Shown piece by piece: positions 30,691-42,100 of a stretch of 64,000 nt of DNA; position 1 is the stretch's first letter; each line of letters begins with the position of its first letter. This DNA comes from Achromobacter xylosoxidans (GTDB lineage Bacteria; Pseudomonadota; Gammaproteobacteria; Burkholderiales; Burkholderiaceae_B). The stretch covers positions 3,744 to 67,743 of the forward strand of contig JBEBOQ010000011.1 in assembly GCA_040396375.1 (NCBI GenBank), read 5' to 3'. Below the pieces are notes generated by a model. It made no database searches. It was not told the origin of the DNA and saw nothing but the letters and a program-made list of their open reading frames with translations. A program made the position numbers and the translations under genes.

Positions 30691-30782
30691 GCGTTTGTAT
30701 TAAGGTTAACCCTAGGGTTAACCGGTTGAGATCATGGCGGGTTTTGGAATCCGCCCTGCCCCCATTTTGTCGCCGGCCACGC

Positions 30783-31466
30783 TCAGTCCGGCAGCGGCGA
30801 GCAACCCAGCATCTGCACCGCTCCGCCCGTATCCGGCGTCTGCCCCCGGATGGCGGACGCCATGGCGCCGGCCAGCGCCACGACCGCGCGCTGCTGCGCC
30901 GTGATCAGCGCCGGCACGCCAGCCTCGGATACATTTTCCGTGACGACGCTGCGGCACAGCAGACCCGTGCCTTTCAGATTGACCGGTCTTACCCGCCAGG
31001 TGGCGTCCAGCTGCGCCATGCGGCCCGACACCAGGTCGAACCGCTGCACGTCGGTCTGCACCCGCCAGACCGCTGCGGTGGGGCCAGGTTTGACCACCTG
31101 CACATCCAGCGCGCCCAGGTCATGCTTGAGCGCGTCCGACAGTGCGCCGCGGATTTCGTCGCCCAGCGGCGAACTCCAGCGTTCGGAATACAGCGCCGAC
31201 ACACTGCCGTCGCCCGTGCGCACCATCAGTTGCGGCTGGTCGGCCTGCGCCGCCACATTGACGCCCTGCACATCGATCAGGAACGGCGCCGCCGCGCGGG
31301 GCACCGCAGGCGCCTGCGCCGCGGGGCCCTGCAGGGTGTAGTAATGCACCGGCGGCGACGAGGCGCAGCCGGCCAGCAGCGCGGCCAGGGCCAGCGCCGG
31401 CAGGCCCACGGCGCGCAGCCGGGCGGAGTTGGCTTGAGTGGCGGAACGGGAGCGAAGTCTATTCAT
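30783..31466 (-). CDS. pqiC: PqiC family outer-membrane lipoprotein
   Basis: Lipobox LLAGC; HYYTL and ERWSSPL; downstream of pqiB. Confidence 0.88.
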   Translation of the reverse strand: MNRLRSRSATQANSARLRAVGLPALALAALLAGCASSPPVHYYTLQGPAAQAPAVPRAAAPFLIDVQGVNVAAQADQPQLMVRTGDGSVSALYSERWSSPLGDEIRGALSDALKHDLGALDVQVVKPGPTAAVWRVQTDVQRFDLVSGRMAQLDATWRVRPVNLKGTGLLCRSVVTENVSEAGVPALITAQQRAVVALAGAMASAIRGQTPDTGGAVQMLGCSPLPD

Positions 31467-31470
31467 GGGT

Positions 31471-33135
31471 TCAGTTCCTGACCGGACCGGCGCCGGGGAT
31501 CGGGTCGTCGCCGCGGCCGCGCAGCAACGATTCGGGGTTCGATTGCAGGAAGTCGGCCAGCGCCCGCAGCGAGCGGGCCGCGCGGCTCAGTTCCTGCATG
31601 GCCTTTTCGGCATTGACCGGCAGCGAGGCGTCCGAGGCCAGCAGCGCATTCAGGTTGGCCATGGACTCGCGCGCCTGCTTGAGCACGTTCTGCGCTTCCG
31701 GCGCCACCTGTTTGTCCAGGCGCGTCATCAGCTTGGAGGTGCTGGCCAGCGTGGTGCGCAGGTCTTCGCCAATCTTGTCGAACGGAATCTTGTCGATCTT
31801 GGCGACGATATTGCTGACCTGCTGCTGCAGTTGGTCCAGATTACCCGGCACGGTCGGGATCAGGGCCGGGCTGGACATCTTGAAGTCCACCGGCTTGGCG
31901 TTGGGGAAGTCGTCCAGCACCACATACAACTGGCCGGTCAACAGGTTGGCGGTACGCAACTGGGCGCGCAGGCCGTGCTTGATCATGATGCCCAGCAGGC
32001 GGCCACCCGCCTCGTCACCGTCCTCGACGGCACGGGCGCGCACTTCCTCGTACACCCGGCCCAGGCGCTCCGGATACAGCGTGGCGTCCACCACCGAATA
32101 GAAGCGCTTGCTGGCGGGATCGAAGTCCAGGTTGATCTGCGTGACATTACCCAGCGTGATGCCCGAAAAATCGATCGACGCGCCCACAGCCAGGCCGCGA
32201 ATCGATTGGTCAAAGCGCATGCGGATCGGGAAGGCCTCGCCATCCGGATTGGCCTTGGCGGCCGTTTCGGTGGCGTACAACTCGAAGCGCGCGTCGGCGG
32301 CGGCCGGCGTGCCGGCATCGCGGGCGCTGTAGATGGGTTCAAACGCCACACCGCCCACCGCCATGGACACCAGCGACTGGGTGCGCACCTTCAGACCGTC
32401 GGCGTTGACGCTGAAGTCCACGCCGCTGGCGTTCCAGAAGCGCGTGCCATTGGTGACGAACTTGTCGTTGGGCGCATCCACGAACACTTCGACGTTCACG
32501 GCGTTGCCGGTCTTGTCCAGCGCATAGCCGATCACGCGGCCCACATTGATGCGGCGGAAATACACCGGCGAGCCGATATCCAGCGAGCCCAGGTCAGATG
32601 CCTTGAGTTTGAAGCGCTTGCCGGCACGGTCATGGGTCACGGCCGGCGGTGTTTCCAAACCGACGAAATGGAGCTTGGTCGCCTTCTTGGAGGTGTCTTT
32701 GCCCTCCACCGCATCCACGCCGATGTAGGCGCCGGACAGCAAGGTGCCCAGCCCGGACACGCCACTGACGTCCAGGCGCGGGCGCACCACCCAGAAATTG
32801 GTGCCTTCGCGCGCCAGGTCGGCCACGTCCTTGGACAGCTCGGCCTGCACCACGACCTTGCTGCGGTCGCCGTTGAAGCCGATGGACTTGACCGTACCCA
32901 CGTTCACGTCCTTGTAGCGCAGCTGGGTCTTGCCGACCTCAAGCCCATCGGCGGTGTTGAATTCGATGGAAAGATCCGGCCCCGCCTGCATCCAGGTGCG
33001 TACCACCAGCGACAGGCCCATCAGGGCGGCGACAACGGGGACCAGCCAGATCCATGAGATCCGGCTTTTGCGCTTGCGCGAAATGGTCGGTGACGCAAAC
33101 TTCTCTTCACCCGATCCCGGTGCTTGCTCGGACAT
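31471..33135 (-). CDS. pqiB: PqiB MCE-domain intermembrane transport protein
   Basis: SWIWLVP, FWVVRPR...SGLGTLLSGAYI, RFWNASG and LLTGQLYV. Confidence 0.92.
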   Translation of the reverse strand: MSEQAPGSGEEKFASPTISRKRKSRISWIWLVPVVAALMGLSLVVRTWMQAGPDLSIEFNTADGLEVGKTQLRYKDVNVGTVKSIGFNGDRSKVVVQAELSKDVADLAREGTNFWVVRPRLDVSGVSGLGTLLSGAYIGVDAVEGKDTSKKATKLHFVGLETPPAVTHDRAGKRFKLKASDLGSLDIGSPVYFRRINVGRVIGYALDKTGNAVNVEVFVDAPNDKFVTNGTRFWNASGVDFSVNADGLKVRTQSLVSMAVGGVAFEPIYSARDAGTPAAADARFELYATETAAKANPDGEAFPIRMRFDQSIRGLAVGASIDFSGITLGNVTQINLDFDPASKRFYSVVDATLYPERLGRVYEEVRARAVEDGDEAGGRLLGIMIKHGLRAQLRTANLLTGQLYVVLDDFPNAKPVDFKMSSPALIPTVPGNLDQLQQQVSNIVAKIDKIPFDKIGEDLRTTLASTSKLMTRLDKQVAPEAQNVLKQARESMANLNALLASDASLPVNAEKAMQELSRAARSLRALADFLQSNPESLLRGRGDDPIPGAGPVRN

Positions 33136-33216
33136 CTGTTTTTCCTTTTCTTCTTTGTTCTTCAAGCGGCGAACGCTGTTCGGCCCCGCGCCGGACGTTT
33201 GCGGGCGCCCAACGCG

Positions 33217-34542
33217 TCAGCCCATTTCCGAGCCGGCGGCAGGCGCCGGCTGCTGCCGAGTGCCGGCCACAGGCGGCTGTCCTACGTCAATTTCGCTTTC
33301 GCCTTCCAGGTCCCAACTGCGGCGCAGGTCAAAGCTCATGGCCGACAGCATGGTCAAAATGACGACCACGCCGAACGCCGCGGCGCCCGCGCCGGCGCTG
33401 ATTTCCATCAACCCCTGAAAATCAGCCAAAGCCGCCAGCAATATCACCACAAATACATCCAGCATCGACCACTGGCCGATGAACTCGACCATTTCGTACA
33501 ACCGCGTACGCGGTCGCAGGTTGGTGGTGCTGCGCCACTGCTCGGTCAACAATAGCAGGATCAGCGCCAACAGCTTGGTCAGCGGCACCGCCACGCTGGC
33601 AATGAAGACGATCAGCGCGATGTCCCACGACCCCATGTTCCACAATTCGACCACGCCGCCAAGGATGGTATGGGCGCTGTCGCCCAGCACCGAACTGACC
33701 TTCATGACAGGCAGCACATTGGCGGGAATATAGAACACCACCGCCGCCAGCAACAGCGCCCAGGTGCGCGCCAGGTGGTCCGGCTTGCGATAATGCACCA
33801 CTGCGTGGCAACGCACGCAATGGTGTTCTTCTTCCTCATCGGCATTGCGCGGCAACGCCTGCACCTGGCCGCAGACATGACAGCCGGTCAGCACCACGTC
33901 CGGCGTCGCCTCGGGCACGTGCACCGGCACCACGCCCTGGGATTCGGCGTAGCGCCACAGCACGTGGGGGGTCAGGCGGCCCAGCATGGTCAACAGGATG
34001 GTCAGCACGCCAAACGCCGCCAGCCCGATGCCGGGCGCCACGGCGGCCATGCCGGCCAGCTTCACGACCGCGACCAGCACGCCCAGGAGAAACACCGGCA
34101 CCATGCACCAAGGACGCAGCAGGCCCAACAGGCGCATCGCGCCACGGAAACCCGCGGGTTCGGCGCCGCGCGACAGCGGACCCAGCACCCACAGCAGCAC
34201 GGTCAGCTGCAGTAAAGGCAAGGCAAAGCCCGCCAACCCGGTCATGATGGCCACGACGTAATGGCCTTGCCGCCAAGTGATGGAAATGGCGTCAAGCAGG
34301 GAAGCCTGCTGCACCATGCCCTGCACGGACATCGAAGCGACCGGGTAGGCGTTGGCCACGCCGAAGATGATCAGGGCGGAAATGGCGAGCGCCAGCCAAT
34401 TGGACAAAGTAAGCCCGCTGTAGCGCCACAGAATGGCACCGCAGCGGGCGCAATTGGCGGTCTCGCCAGGGTCAAGCTGATGTCGGCGATAGATGCTTGC
34501 GCAGTGCTCGCACTCGATCAGCGGCTGGCGGTCCGCGGTCAT
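33217..34542 (-). CDS. pqiA: PqiA paraquat-inducible protein A (two PqiA domains)
   Basis: CxxC pairs; LYEMVEFIGQWSMLDVFVV and MLSAMSFD. Confidence 0.92.
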   Translation of the reverse strand: MTADRQPLIECEHCASIYRRHQLDPGETANCARCGAILWRYSGLTLSNWLALAISALIIFGVANAYPVASMSVQGMVQQASLLDAISITWRQGHYVVAIMTGLAGFALPLLQLTVLLWVLGPLSRGAEPAGFRGAMRLLGLLRPWCMVPVFLLGVLVAVVKLAGMAAVAPGIGLAAFGVLTILLTMLGRLTPHVLWRYAESQGVVPVHVPEATPDVVLTGCHVCGQVQALPRNADEEEEHHCVRCHAVVHYRKPDHLARTWALLLAAVVFYIPANVLPVMKVSSVLGDSAHTILGGVVELWNMGSWDIALIVFIASVAVPLTKLLALILLLLTEQWRSTTNLRPRTRLYEMVEFIGQWSMLDVFVVILLAALADFQGLMEISAGAGAAAFGVVVILTMLSAMSFDLRRSWDLEGESEIDVGQPPVAGTRQQPAPAAGSEMG

Positions 34543-34550
34543 GGAAGGCC

Positions 34551-36863
34551 CTAGTCGATGAGCTCGACTTCCTGCTTGTCGGGCGCGGCCGACGGCGGCT
34601 TGCCGCCGTGGTCATCGAAGTCCAGCGTCACCTTGTTGTCCTCGTCCAGATCCACCGTGACCGTGCCGCCATCGACCAGCTTGCCGAACAGCAGCTCGTC
34701 GGCCAGCGCGCGCCGGATGGTGTCCTGGATCAGGCGCTGCATCGGCCTGGCGCCCATCAGCGGGTCGAAGCCTTCCTTGGCCAGGTGCTCGCGCAGGGCC
34801 GTGGTGAACACGGCTTCGACGCGGCGCTCGTGCAACTGGTCTTCGAGCTGCATCAGGAACTTGTCGACCACGCGCAGGATGATTTCGCGATCCAGCGGCG
34901 CGAACGGGATGATCGCGTCCAGGCGGTTGCGGAACTCGGGCGTGAACATGCGGCGGATTTCCGCCATTTCGTCGCCCACGACCCGCGAATTGGCGAAACC
35001 GATGGACGGACGGTTCAAGGTTTCGGCGCCCGCGTTCGTCGTCATGATGACGATGACATTGCGGAAGTCCGCCTTGCGGCCGTTGTTGTCCGTCAGCGTG
35101 CCGTGGTCCATGACCTGCAGCAGGATGTTGAAGACGTCCGGGTGGGCCTTTTCGATTTCATCGAGCAGCAGCACGCAGTGCGGCTGCTTGGTGATGGCCT
35201 CGGTCAGCAGGCCGCCCTGGTCGAAACCGACGTATCCCGGCGGCGCGCCGATCAGGCGCGAAACGGCGTGGCGTTCCATGTATTCGGACATGTCGAAGCG
35301 CAGCAGCTCCACGCCCAGCGTGAAGGCCAGCTGGCGCGCGACTTCGGTCTTGCCGACGCCGGTGGGGCCGGAGAACAGGAAGGCGCCGATCGGCTTTTCC
35401 GGCTTGCCCAGGCCCGAGCGCGCCATCTTGATGGCGGCGGACAAGGCCTCGATGGCGTTGTCCTGGCCGAACACGACGGTCTTGAGGTCGCGGTCCAGCG
35501 TGGCGAGCTTGCTGCGGTCGTCGTTGGAGACGGACTGCGGCGGAATGCGCGCGATCTTGGAAACGATGTTCTCGATGTCGACCTTGCCGATCACCTTCTT
35601 CTGGCGCGAACGCGGCAACAGGCGCTGCGCGGCGCCGGCCTCGTCGATCACGTCGATGGCCTTGTCGGGCAGGTGGCGGTCATTGATGAAGCGCGCCGAC
35701 AATTCCGCGGCAGCCGACAGCGCGGCTGCGGAATAGCGCACGTTGTGGTGCTCTTCGAAGCGGCTCTTCAGGCCACGCAGAATCTGCACGGTCTGCTCGA
35801 CGCTGGGCTCGGGCACGTCGATCTTCTGGAACCGGCGCGACAGCGCGTGGTCTTTTTCAAAGACGCCGCGGTATTCGGTATACGTGGTGGCGCCAATGCA
35901 CTTGAGCTGGCCCGAGGACAAGGCCGGCTTGAGCAGGTTGGACGCGTCCAGCGTGCCGCCCGAAGCCGAACCGGCGCCGATCAGCGTGTGGATTTCATCG
36001 ATGAACAGGATCGCATCGGGGTTGCCGCGGATCTGCTTGAGCACGCCCTTCAGACGCTGTTCGAAGTCGCCACGGTACTTGGTGCCCGCCAACAGCGCGC
36101 CCATGTCCAATGCGAACACTTGCGCAGCCTGCAGGATTTCGGGGACTTCGCCACGCGTGATGCGCCAGGCCAGGCCTTCGGCGATGGCGGTCTTGCCCAC
36201 GCCAGCCTCGCCGACCAGCAGCGGGTTGTTCTTGCGGCGGCGGCACAGCACCTGGATCACGCGCTCGACTTCGTGCTCGCGCCCGATCAGCGGATCGATT
36301 CGGCCAGCCAGCGCTGCGGCGTTCAGATCAGTCGCGTACTGGTCCAGCGGCGACTGGCGCGATTCGCCCTGCTCTTCACCATTGGTCTGCTGCTCTTTCT
36401 GCACGGCGGCGGACTCCACCTGTGGCTGTTTGGTAATGCCATGCGACAGAAAATTGACGACGTCCAGCCGCGTGACGCCCTGCTGCTGCAGGTAGTACAC
36501 GGCGTGCGAATCCTTTTCGCCGAAAATGGCTACGAGCACGTTCGCGCCGGTGACCGGTTTCTTGCCGGTGCCACCCGCGGACACATGCATGATCGCGCGT
36601 TGAATCACACGTTGGAAACCCAACGTGGGTTGCGTGTCGACTTCCGCGCCGCTGGGGATCACCGGGGTGTTTTCCGAAACGAACTGGCGCAAGTTGCGGC
36701 GCAGGTCATCCAGGTTGGCGGCGCAGGCGCGCAACACTTCAACTGCCGAGGCGTTGTCGAGCAACGCCAACAGCAGATGCTCGACGGTAATAAATTCGTG
36801 CCGGGCCGAACGGGCCTCGACGAAAGCCATATGCAGGCTGACTTCAAGCTCTTGGGAAATCAC
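34551..36863 (-). CDS. clpA: ATP-dependent Clp protease ATP-binding subunit ClpA
   Basis: GTG start [11 protein letters not shown]; [11 protein letters not shown]; two Walker A motifs ([16 protein letters not shown]). Confidence 0.97.
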   Translation of the reverse strand: MISQELEVSLHMAFVEARSARHEFITVEHLLLALLDNASAVEVLRACAANLDDLRRNLRQFVSENTPVIPSGAEVDTQPTLGFQRVIQRAIMHVSAGGTGKKPVTGANVLVAIFGEKDSHAVYYLQQQGVTRLDVVNFLSHGITKQPQVESAAVQKEQQTNGEEQGESRQSPLDQYATDLNAAALAGRIDPLIGREHEVERVIQVLCRRRKNNPLLVGEAGVGKTAIAEGLAWRITRGEVPEILQAAQVFALDMGALLAGTKYRGDFEQRLKGVLKQIRGNPDAILFIDEIHTLIGAGSASGGTLDASNLLKPALSSGQLKCIGATTYTEYRGVFEKDHALSRRFQKIDVPEPSVEQTVQILRGLKSRFEEHHNVRYSAAALSAAAELSARFINDRHLPDKAIDVIDEAGAAQRLLPRSRQKKVIGKVDIENIVSKIARIPPQSVSNDDRSKLATLDRDLKTVVFGQDNAIEALSAAIKMARSGLGKPEKPIGAFLFSGPTGVGKTEVARQLAFTLGVELLRFDMSEYMERHAVSRLIGAPPGYVGFDQGGLLTEAITKQPHCVLLLDEIEKAHPDVFNILLQVMDHGTLTDNNGRKADFRNVIVIMTTNAGAETLNRPSIGFANSRVVGDEMAEIRRMFTPEFRNRLDAIIPFAPLDREIILRVVDKFLMQLEDQLHERRVEAVFTTALREHLAKEGFDPLMGARPMQRLIQDTIRRALADELLFGKLVDGGTVTVDLDEDNKVTLDFDDHGGKPPSAAPDKQEVELID

Positions 36864-36918
36864 GCTTCCTCCGTAACGCATCGAAGCGGTCAAATACACG
36901 ATTCATATTCTATGCCGA

Positions 36919-39141
36919 TCATGGCGTAACGCCAGCGATTTCAAAAACCACTCTATCGTGGCGGCCTTGCGCGTCCATGACGGTAAGCGTATACCGGCCG
37001 TCTTGCGCCAGCACTAAATTAAACGGACGACTCGACGCGCCATGGCCAACCACGCGACCGTCAAGCATCCACCATACTTCGCCTTCGGCGCCCTGCACAT
37101 CCACATCCAGCGCCACCTGCTTGCTGCCCGGCACGGGCCGCAGCACCGAACCAGTTGCCACGCCGCCCAAACGCAACGGCCCCTGCGTGGCATCGGCGTA
37201 GCCGGAAAACGACGGCGGCACCGTTTCATTCAGGGCCCAGGCGGCGCGCTGTTCCGGGCATGCGCCCGACGGCACGCTGCCCAGCTTGTAGCCCAGCGGC
37301 CAGCACGTCACGACAGCCTGCACCGTGTCGGGCCGGACGCGGACATGCTGCGCGCCCTCTGGCAATGCCGCCACGATGTCCTGCAGTAGCGGCGCTGCCA
37401 CATTCGCCCCGAAAAATCCGGGGTTGGGCGTGCCATCCGGGCGACCCACCCACACACCAATTGTCCAGCTGTCGGTCACCCCGACTGCCCAGGCGTCCCG
37501 GAAACCAAAACTTGTCCCGGTTTTCCAGGCCAGTTGGCGGGCCGGGCTGCCCGACTGGTAAAACGGCCGGTCCGGGTGGCCCCCGCCTTCCAGGATGTCC
37601 CGGACAATCCAGGCGGCGCCAGCACTAATCATACGGGACTCGACCCGCGGCTGCTCCGGACGCAGCCGGGGCCGGCCGGAGATGCCACCGCGGGCCAGGG
37701 CCCGGTAAGCACCCACCAGTTCTTCCAATGTGGTGCCACCCCCGCCCAAAATCAAGCTCAGATTGGGCTCGGCGCCGGCAGGTAATCGTAACCAGACGCC
37801 TCCCTTGAGCATAACCGAGGCAAAACGGCTGGGTCCGACGCGGTCCAGCAAGTCCACGGCGGGGACATTCAATGAGCGCTGCAGGGCTTGCGAAACGCTG
37901 ATCGGCCCGGAAAACGCGGCCTGGAAGTTGCCCGGCGCATAGCCACCGAACGACATGGGAGCGTCGATCAGCAAGCTTTCCGAGTGGATCAGGCCATCGT
38001 CCAGCGCCTGGGCGTACAAGAACGGCTTCAGAGTAGAACCCGGCGAACGCACGCCACGCACCATATCCACGTGGGCGTATCGGGAATCGTCGGAAAAGTC
38101 CGCCGAGCCGGCGTAAGCCTTGATTTCCAAGGAATCGTTGTCCATCACCAGCACGGCCATGGACACCTTGGGCGGTAGATTGTCTACCCGATCAAGCAGC
38201 ATGCGCTCGACCGCGGCCTGCATGTCGGCGTCCAGGGTAGAGGCGACCAGCGGCGGGCGGCTGCCCGGACGGCGCGGGCCACCGGTCTTGCGCCCGGCTT
38301 CCTGCAGCAGGCGCTGCGCGGCCAGCGGCGCCAGCCAACGGGCCCGCAGCGGCGGCGCCACCACGCGTTCGATCTTGGCGTCGGCCACCTCGGCCGGGGT
38401 CCAGCGGCCCAGCTCCACCATACGGTCCAGCACCTTGTCGCGGGCAGTCTGGGCGGCCTCGGGGTGACGGTCCGGGCGCAGCCGCGACGGCGCCTGTGGC
38501 AAGGCGGTCAACATGGCGGCCTCGGCCGGACTCAAATCGCGCGCCGGCTTGCCCAGCCACAGGCGCGAGCCCATCTCCACGCCTTCCACGATGCCACCCA
38601 TGGGCGCGTGGGTCAGGTAGAGCGACAGGATTTCGTCCTTGCTGTAGTGCATTTCCAGCTGCACGGCGCGCCAGGCCTGGCGCAGTTTCGCGGCCATCGA
38701 GCGCGACGGCCTGCCGGCGAGCTGCGGGTCGATCAGCCGCGCCACCTGCATGGTCAGGGTGGACCCGCCCGAGACGATGCGGCGGTTGGTGGCCCACTGC
38801 CAGCCGGCGCGAGCCAGCGCCACCGGGTTGACCCCGGGGTGCCAGTAGAACCAGCGGTCTTCGTAGGTCAGCAGCGTGTCCAGATAGTGCGGCGACACCT
38901 GCTCCGGCTTGACCGGGTAGCGCCAGATGCCGTCACGGCTGGGATAGTTGCGCAGCGGCGTGCCGTCGGCGGCGACCACCACGGCAGCGCCGCCGGAGTC
39001 GATCGGGGGCAAGGGATACAGGCGGTCGAGCGCGAATAACAACGCGGCCAGCGCAAACAACACGCTGGCCGCGTAGATGCCGCGCCGCCGCCAGCGGCGG
39101 GCGCGCGAGGCGCCCGCCGACGGGGTGGCGGCGGCGGTCAA
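36919..39141 (-). CDS. pbpC: Penicillin-binding protein 1C
   Basis: EDRWFYWHPGVN, GGSTLTMQVAR, SPGSTLKPF, SLN and KTGTS; C-terminal BiPBP-like domain; TTG start overlapping the A2M stop (alternative ATG at 39186). Confidence 0.93.
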   Translation of the reverse strand: MTAAATPSAGASRARRWRRRGIYAASVLFALAALLFALDRLYPLPPIDSGGAAVVVAADGTPLRNYPSRDGIWRYPVKPEQVSPHYLDTLLTYEDRWFYWHPGVNPVALARAGWQWATNRRIVSGGSTLTMQVARLIDPQLAGRPSRSMAAKLRQAWRAVQLEMHYSKDEILSLYLTHAPMGGIVEGVEMGSRLWLGKPARDLSPAEAAMLTALPQAPSRLRPDRHPEAAQTARDKVLDRMVELGRWTPAEVADAKIERVVAPPLRARWLAPLAAQRLLQEAGRKTGGPRRPGSRPPLVASTLDADMQAAVERMLLDRVDNLPPKVSMAVLVMDNDSLEIKAYAGSADFSDDSRYAHVDMVRGVRSPGSTLKPFLYAQALDDGLIHSESLLIDAPMSFGGYAPGNFQAAFSGPISVSQALQRSLNVPAVDLLDRVGPSRFASVMLKGGVWLRLPAGAEPNLSLILGGGGTTLEELVGAYRALARGGISGRPRLRPEQPRVESRMISAGAAWIVRDILEGGGHPDRPFYQSGSPARQLAWKTGTSFGFRDAWAVGVTDSWTIGVWVGRPDGTPNPGFFGANVAAPLLQDIVAALPEGAQHVRVRPDTVQAVVTCWPLGYKLGSVPSGACPEQRAAWALNETVPPSFSGYADATQGPLRLGGVATGSVLRPVPGSKQVALDVDVQGAEGEVWWMLDGRVVGHGASSRPFNLVLAQDGRYTLTVMDAQGRHDRVVFEIAGVTP

Positions 39142-42100
39142 GGACGCTGCTTGGCGCCGCGATCGCGGATTTCGACCGTGCTCCATTGCTCGCCTACACC
39201 GCGGATCTCGGGGCGGTACATGTCTTCGGCCACCGTCGAGGGCACCGAATAACGGCCCGGCGTGACGACCCGCACCAGATAGAACACATCCACCTTGCCG
39301 CGACCCAGCGACACAGCCGCAACATAACGATCATCGCGGAATTCGCGGTGCTTGATGTTGGGGTCCGCCATCGCGTCGGCCACACGGCGGCCGCCGATGC
39401 TCCAGTCCTGCATCTCGGGGCTTTGCGACAGGTTCAGGTTCTCGACCTCGAAACCAGCCGGCACGCGGTCCACCAAGAGGCCGTCCGGGATGTTCTGGTT
39501 GGCGCTGGCCTGGACCCACACCACCAGCATGTCGCCGGTTTGCAGCGTGCCGCCATCCCACGGCCGGCCGTCAGGACGGTACCAGCCACGCTTGAGCTGG
39601 ATCACGTCGTTGCGCGGCGCGGGCACCGTCGTGGGGCTGCCCTGGATGTCGTACTCGATGAACAGCGACTGGCTGCCCGTGTTGACGAGCTGGGTGCTCG
39701 CCAATTCGGCCGCGGTCAGGGACACCGTCTGGTCGGACTTGCCGCCGGTCAGCGGCTTGCGAACGCCATTGACGGTCAGCGTGGCTTCCCACGGCGTACC
39801 CTTGTCGCCACCCGCAGCACGAGCGGCCAGCAACAAGGCCATCTGCTCTTGCGTCGACAGGTACGAGCGGTTGCCCAGGCGTGCGGCCAACTGCGTCATC
39901 AGGTTCTCCACGCGGTCGTGGCGCAACTGATACTGGTTGGCCAGCGCATAGGCCAGGGCGTAGTCGCGCACGGCGCTGCCGTAGTCGCCCATCCACTCGT
40001 CGTAGTAGGCATTCTGGTTGCGGCGGTTGATGCCGTATTCACGCGCCATGGCCTGGTCCAGCGCGGTCTTCATGCGCCCTTCGTCGCCCATCAGCTTGAA
40101 GGCGGCGGCCAGTTGGATCAGGGGCAGCGGTGAACGCGCGCGGTCCTGGTAGTTGTCGAACAGTTGGCGCACCGTGGACAACGGGGCCTTGTTGTCGCGT
40201 GCCAGTGCCAGCACGGCGGTGGCCAGGCCGGCAAAGCGGCGATGGTCTTCACGCAGCGTGTTGACGTCGCCGCTGTCCAGGCGGCCCGATTCAACGTTGC
40301 GCTTCAGGTTGGCCGACCAGGTGCCGAACGAGCCGGAGCTCTGCTGCACTTGTTCGAGCAGCCATTGACGCGAACGGTCCAGCGACGCCTCGGGCACCGA
40401 GAAGCCCTTGTCGCGAGCGTCCTGCAGGAAGCCCACGGCATAGGCCGTCAGCCACACATCACGAGAGGACGAGCTGCTCCACAGGTTGTACGAACCCACG
40501 GCGTTGCGCATGCCCGACAGGCGGCCGATGGCGCCGGCGACCTTGGCTTCGCGTTCAGCCTGGGTGCGCGGCTTCAGGCCGAACTGCTTGGCCGCCTCTT
40601 CGTCCAGCATGACCCAAGGCAGGGTCGCGCTGATGGTCTGCTCGGTGCAACCGTAGGGGTAGTTGAGCAGGCCTTCGACCAGGCGATTGACGTTGAACGG
40701 CGGGCGGTTCGACACCGTCAGGCTGACGGTCGTGGAGTCCGGATAGTAGGACGCCACCCACGACGACTGCGGCACGTTGGTTTCACCCGGGTTCAGGCGC
40801 AGACGGCGCACCTGGCGCTCGGCCGCATAGGCCGGCTGCACCTGCAGCACCGATTCGCGCACGATGTGCACGGGCTTGCCGCCGCCCTGCCCGTCCACGG
40901 TCAGGCGAATCAGGCCCAGGCCGTAAGAGCCGGTGGTGGTGGCGTTAAAGCGTAGCGTGGTGCGTTGCTTGTCCTTGAGCGTCACGGTACGCGAACCGTC
41001 GACGATGCCCAGCGGGTCCAGCGCTTCCAGCTTGATCGTCACCTTTTGCTCGGCGCCGCTCAGGTTGGTTACGTCCAGCGCAATGGCCGCCTGGTCGCCC
41101 GGGGTGATGAAGCGCGGCGTGTTCAGTTCGGCCACGATCGGCGCCGCCACCACCATTTCGGTGTCGGTGCTGCCGAAGTTGTCCGGCGTGAACGCGACGG
41201 CCATCAGGCGCAGCGTGCCGTTGAAGTCAGGCAGGTCGAGCGGGATGTCAGCCTCGCCCTTGTCGTTCAGCTTGACCGGACCCGAGAACAGGTCGACCAG
41301 CTTGACCTTCTTGGGCAGGCTCTTGCTGTCGCCGCGCATGGCGGCGTCACCGCCCCACTTCAGCTTGCCCTTGGTGCCGTCCATCTTTTCGATGAGCTTG
41401 CCGTACATGTCCAGCAATTCGGGCGCGTAGCGGTGCTTGCCAAAGAAGAAGTCCAGCGGGTCGGGGGTGCGGTACTGGTTGATATTGAGAATGCCCACGT
41501 CCACAGCCGACAACGTCACCATGGCTTGCTTGCCCTGGGCGCCGTCCACCTTCACACGGACCGTGGTCTTGGTTTCAGGTTCCACCTTGGGCGCGGCCGT
41601 CAGCTTGACGTCCAGCTTGCGGTCGGCGCTGGCGATCGGCAGGAAAGCCAGGCCGAGCGCGCGAGCCGGGGTCACGCGGTCGCCTTCGCTGCCGGGACGG
41701 AACACCGCCGCGGCCACGTACAGGTCGTGACGCTTCCAGGTCTTGTCGATCGGGATTTCCACTTGCGTGCCCGTTGCCTTCACGGCCACCCAGGTGGACC
41801 ACAGCATGCGATCGCCTTCAACGGTGATCAGCGCCTGGCCGTCGTGCGGCGGCGTCAGCGTCAGCTTGACGGTGTCGCCCGGCTTGGCCGGCACGCCTTC
41901 GAGCTTCATCTGGACGCGGTCGGGGCGGTTGCCCATGGCGTCGGCGTCCTGTGCGTTCCAGCCCGCATAGAAGCGGTAGCGCAGGGTTTCACCCGTTTCG
42001 GGGTCGGTGATTTCCAGGCGGTAGCGGCCCCACTTGACCGGCACGGTCAGCTGGCTGCGATCTTTCAGCGCGATCTCGCGCGAATCGACCAGTTCCTCGG

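Noticed and set aside
30783-34542. pqiABC as a novel secretion apparatus
   Set aside because: Standard MCE intermembrane transport operon.
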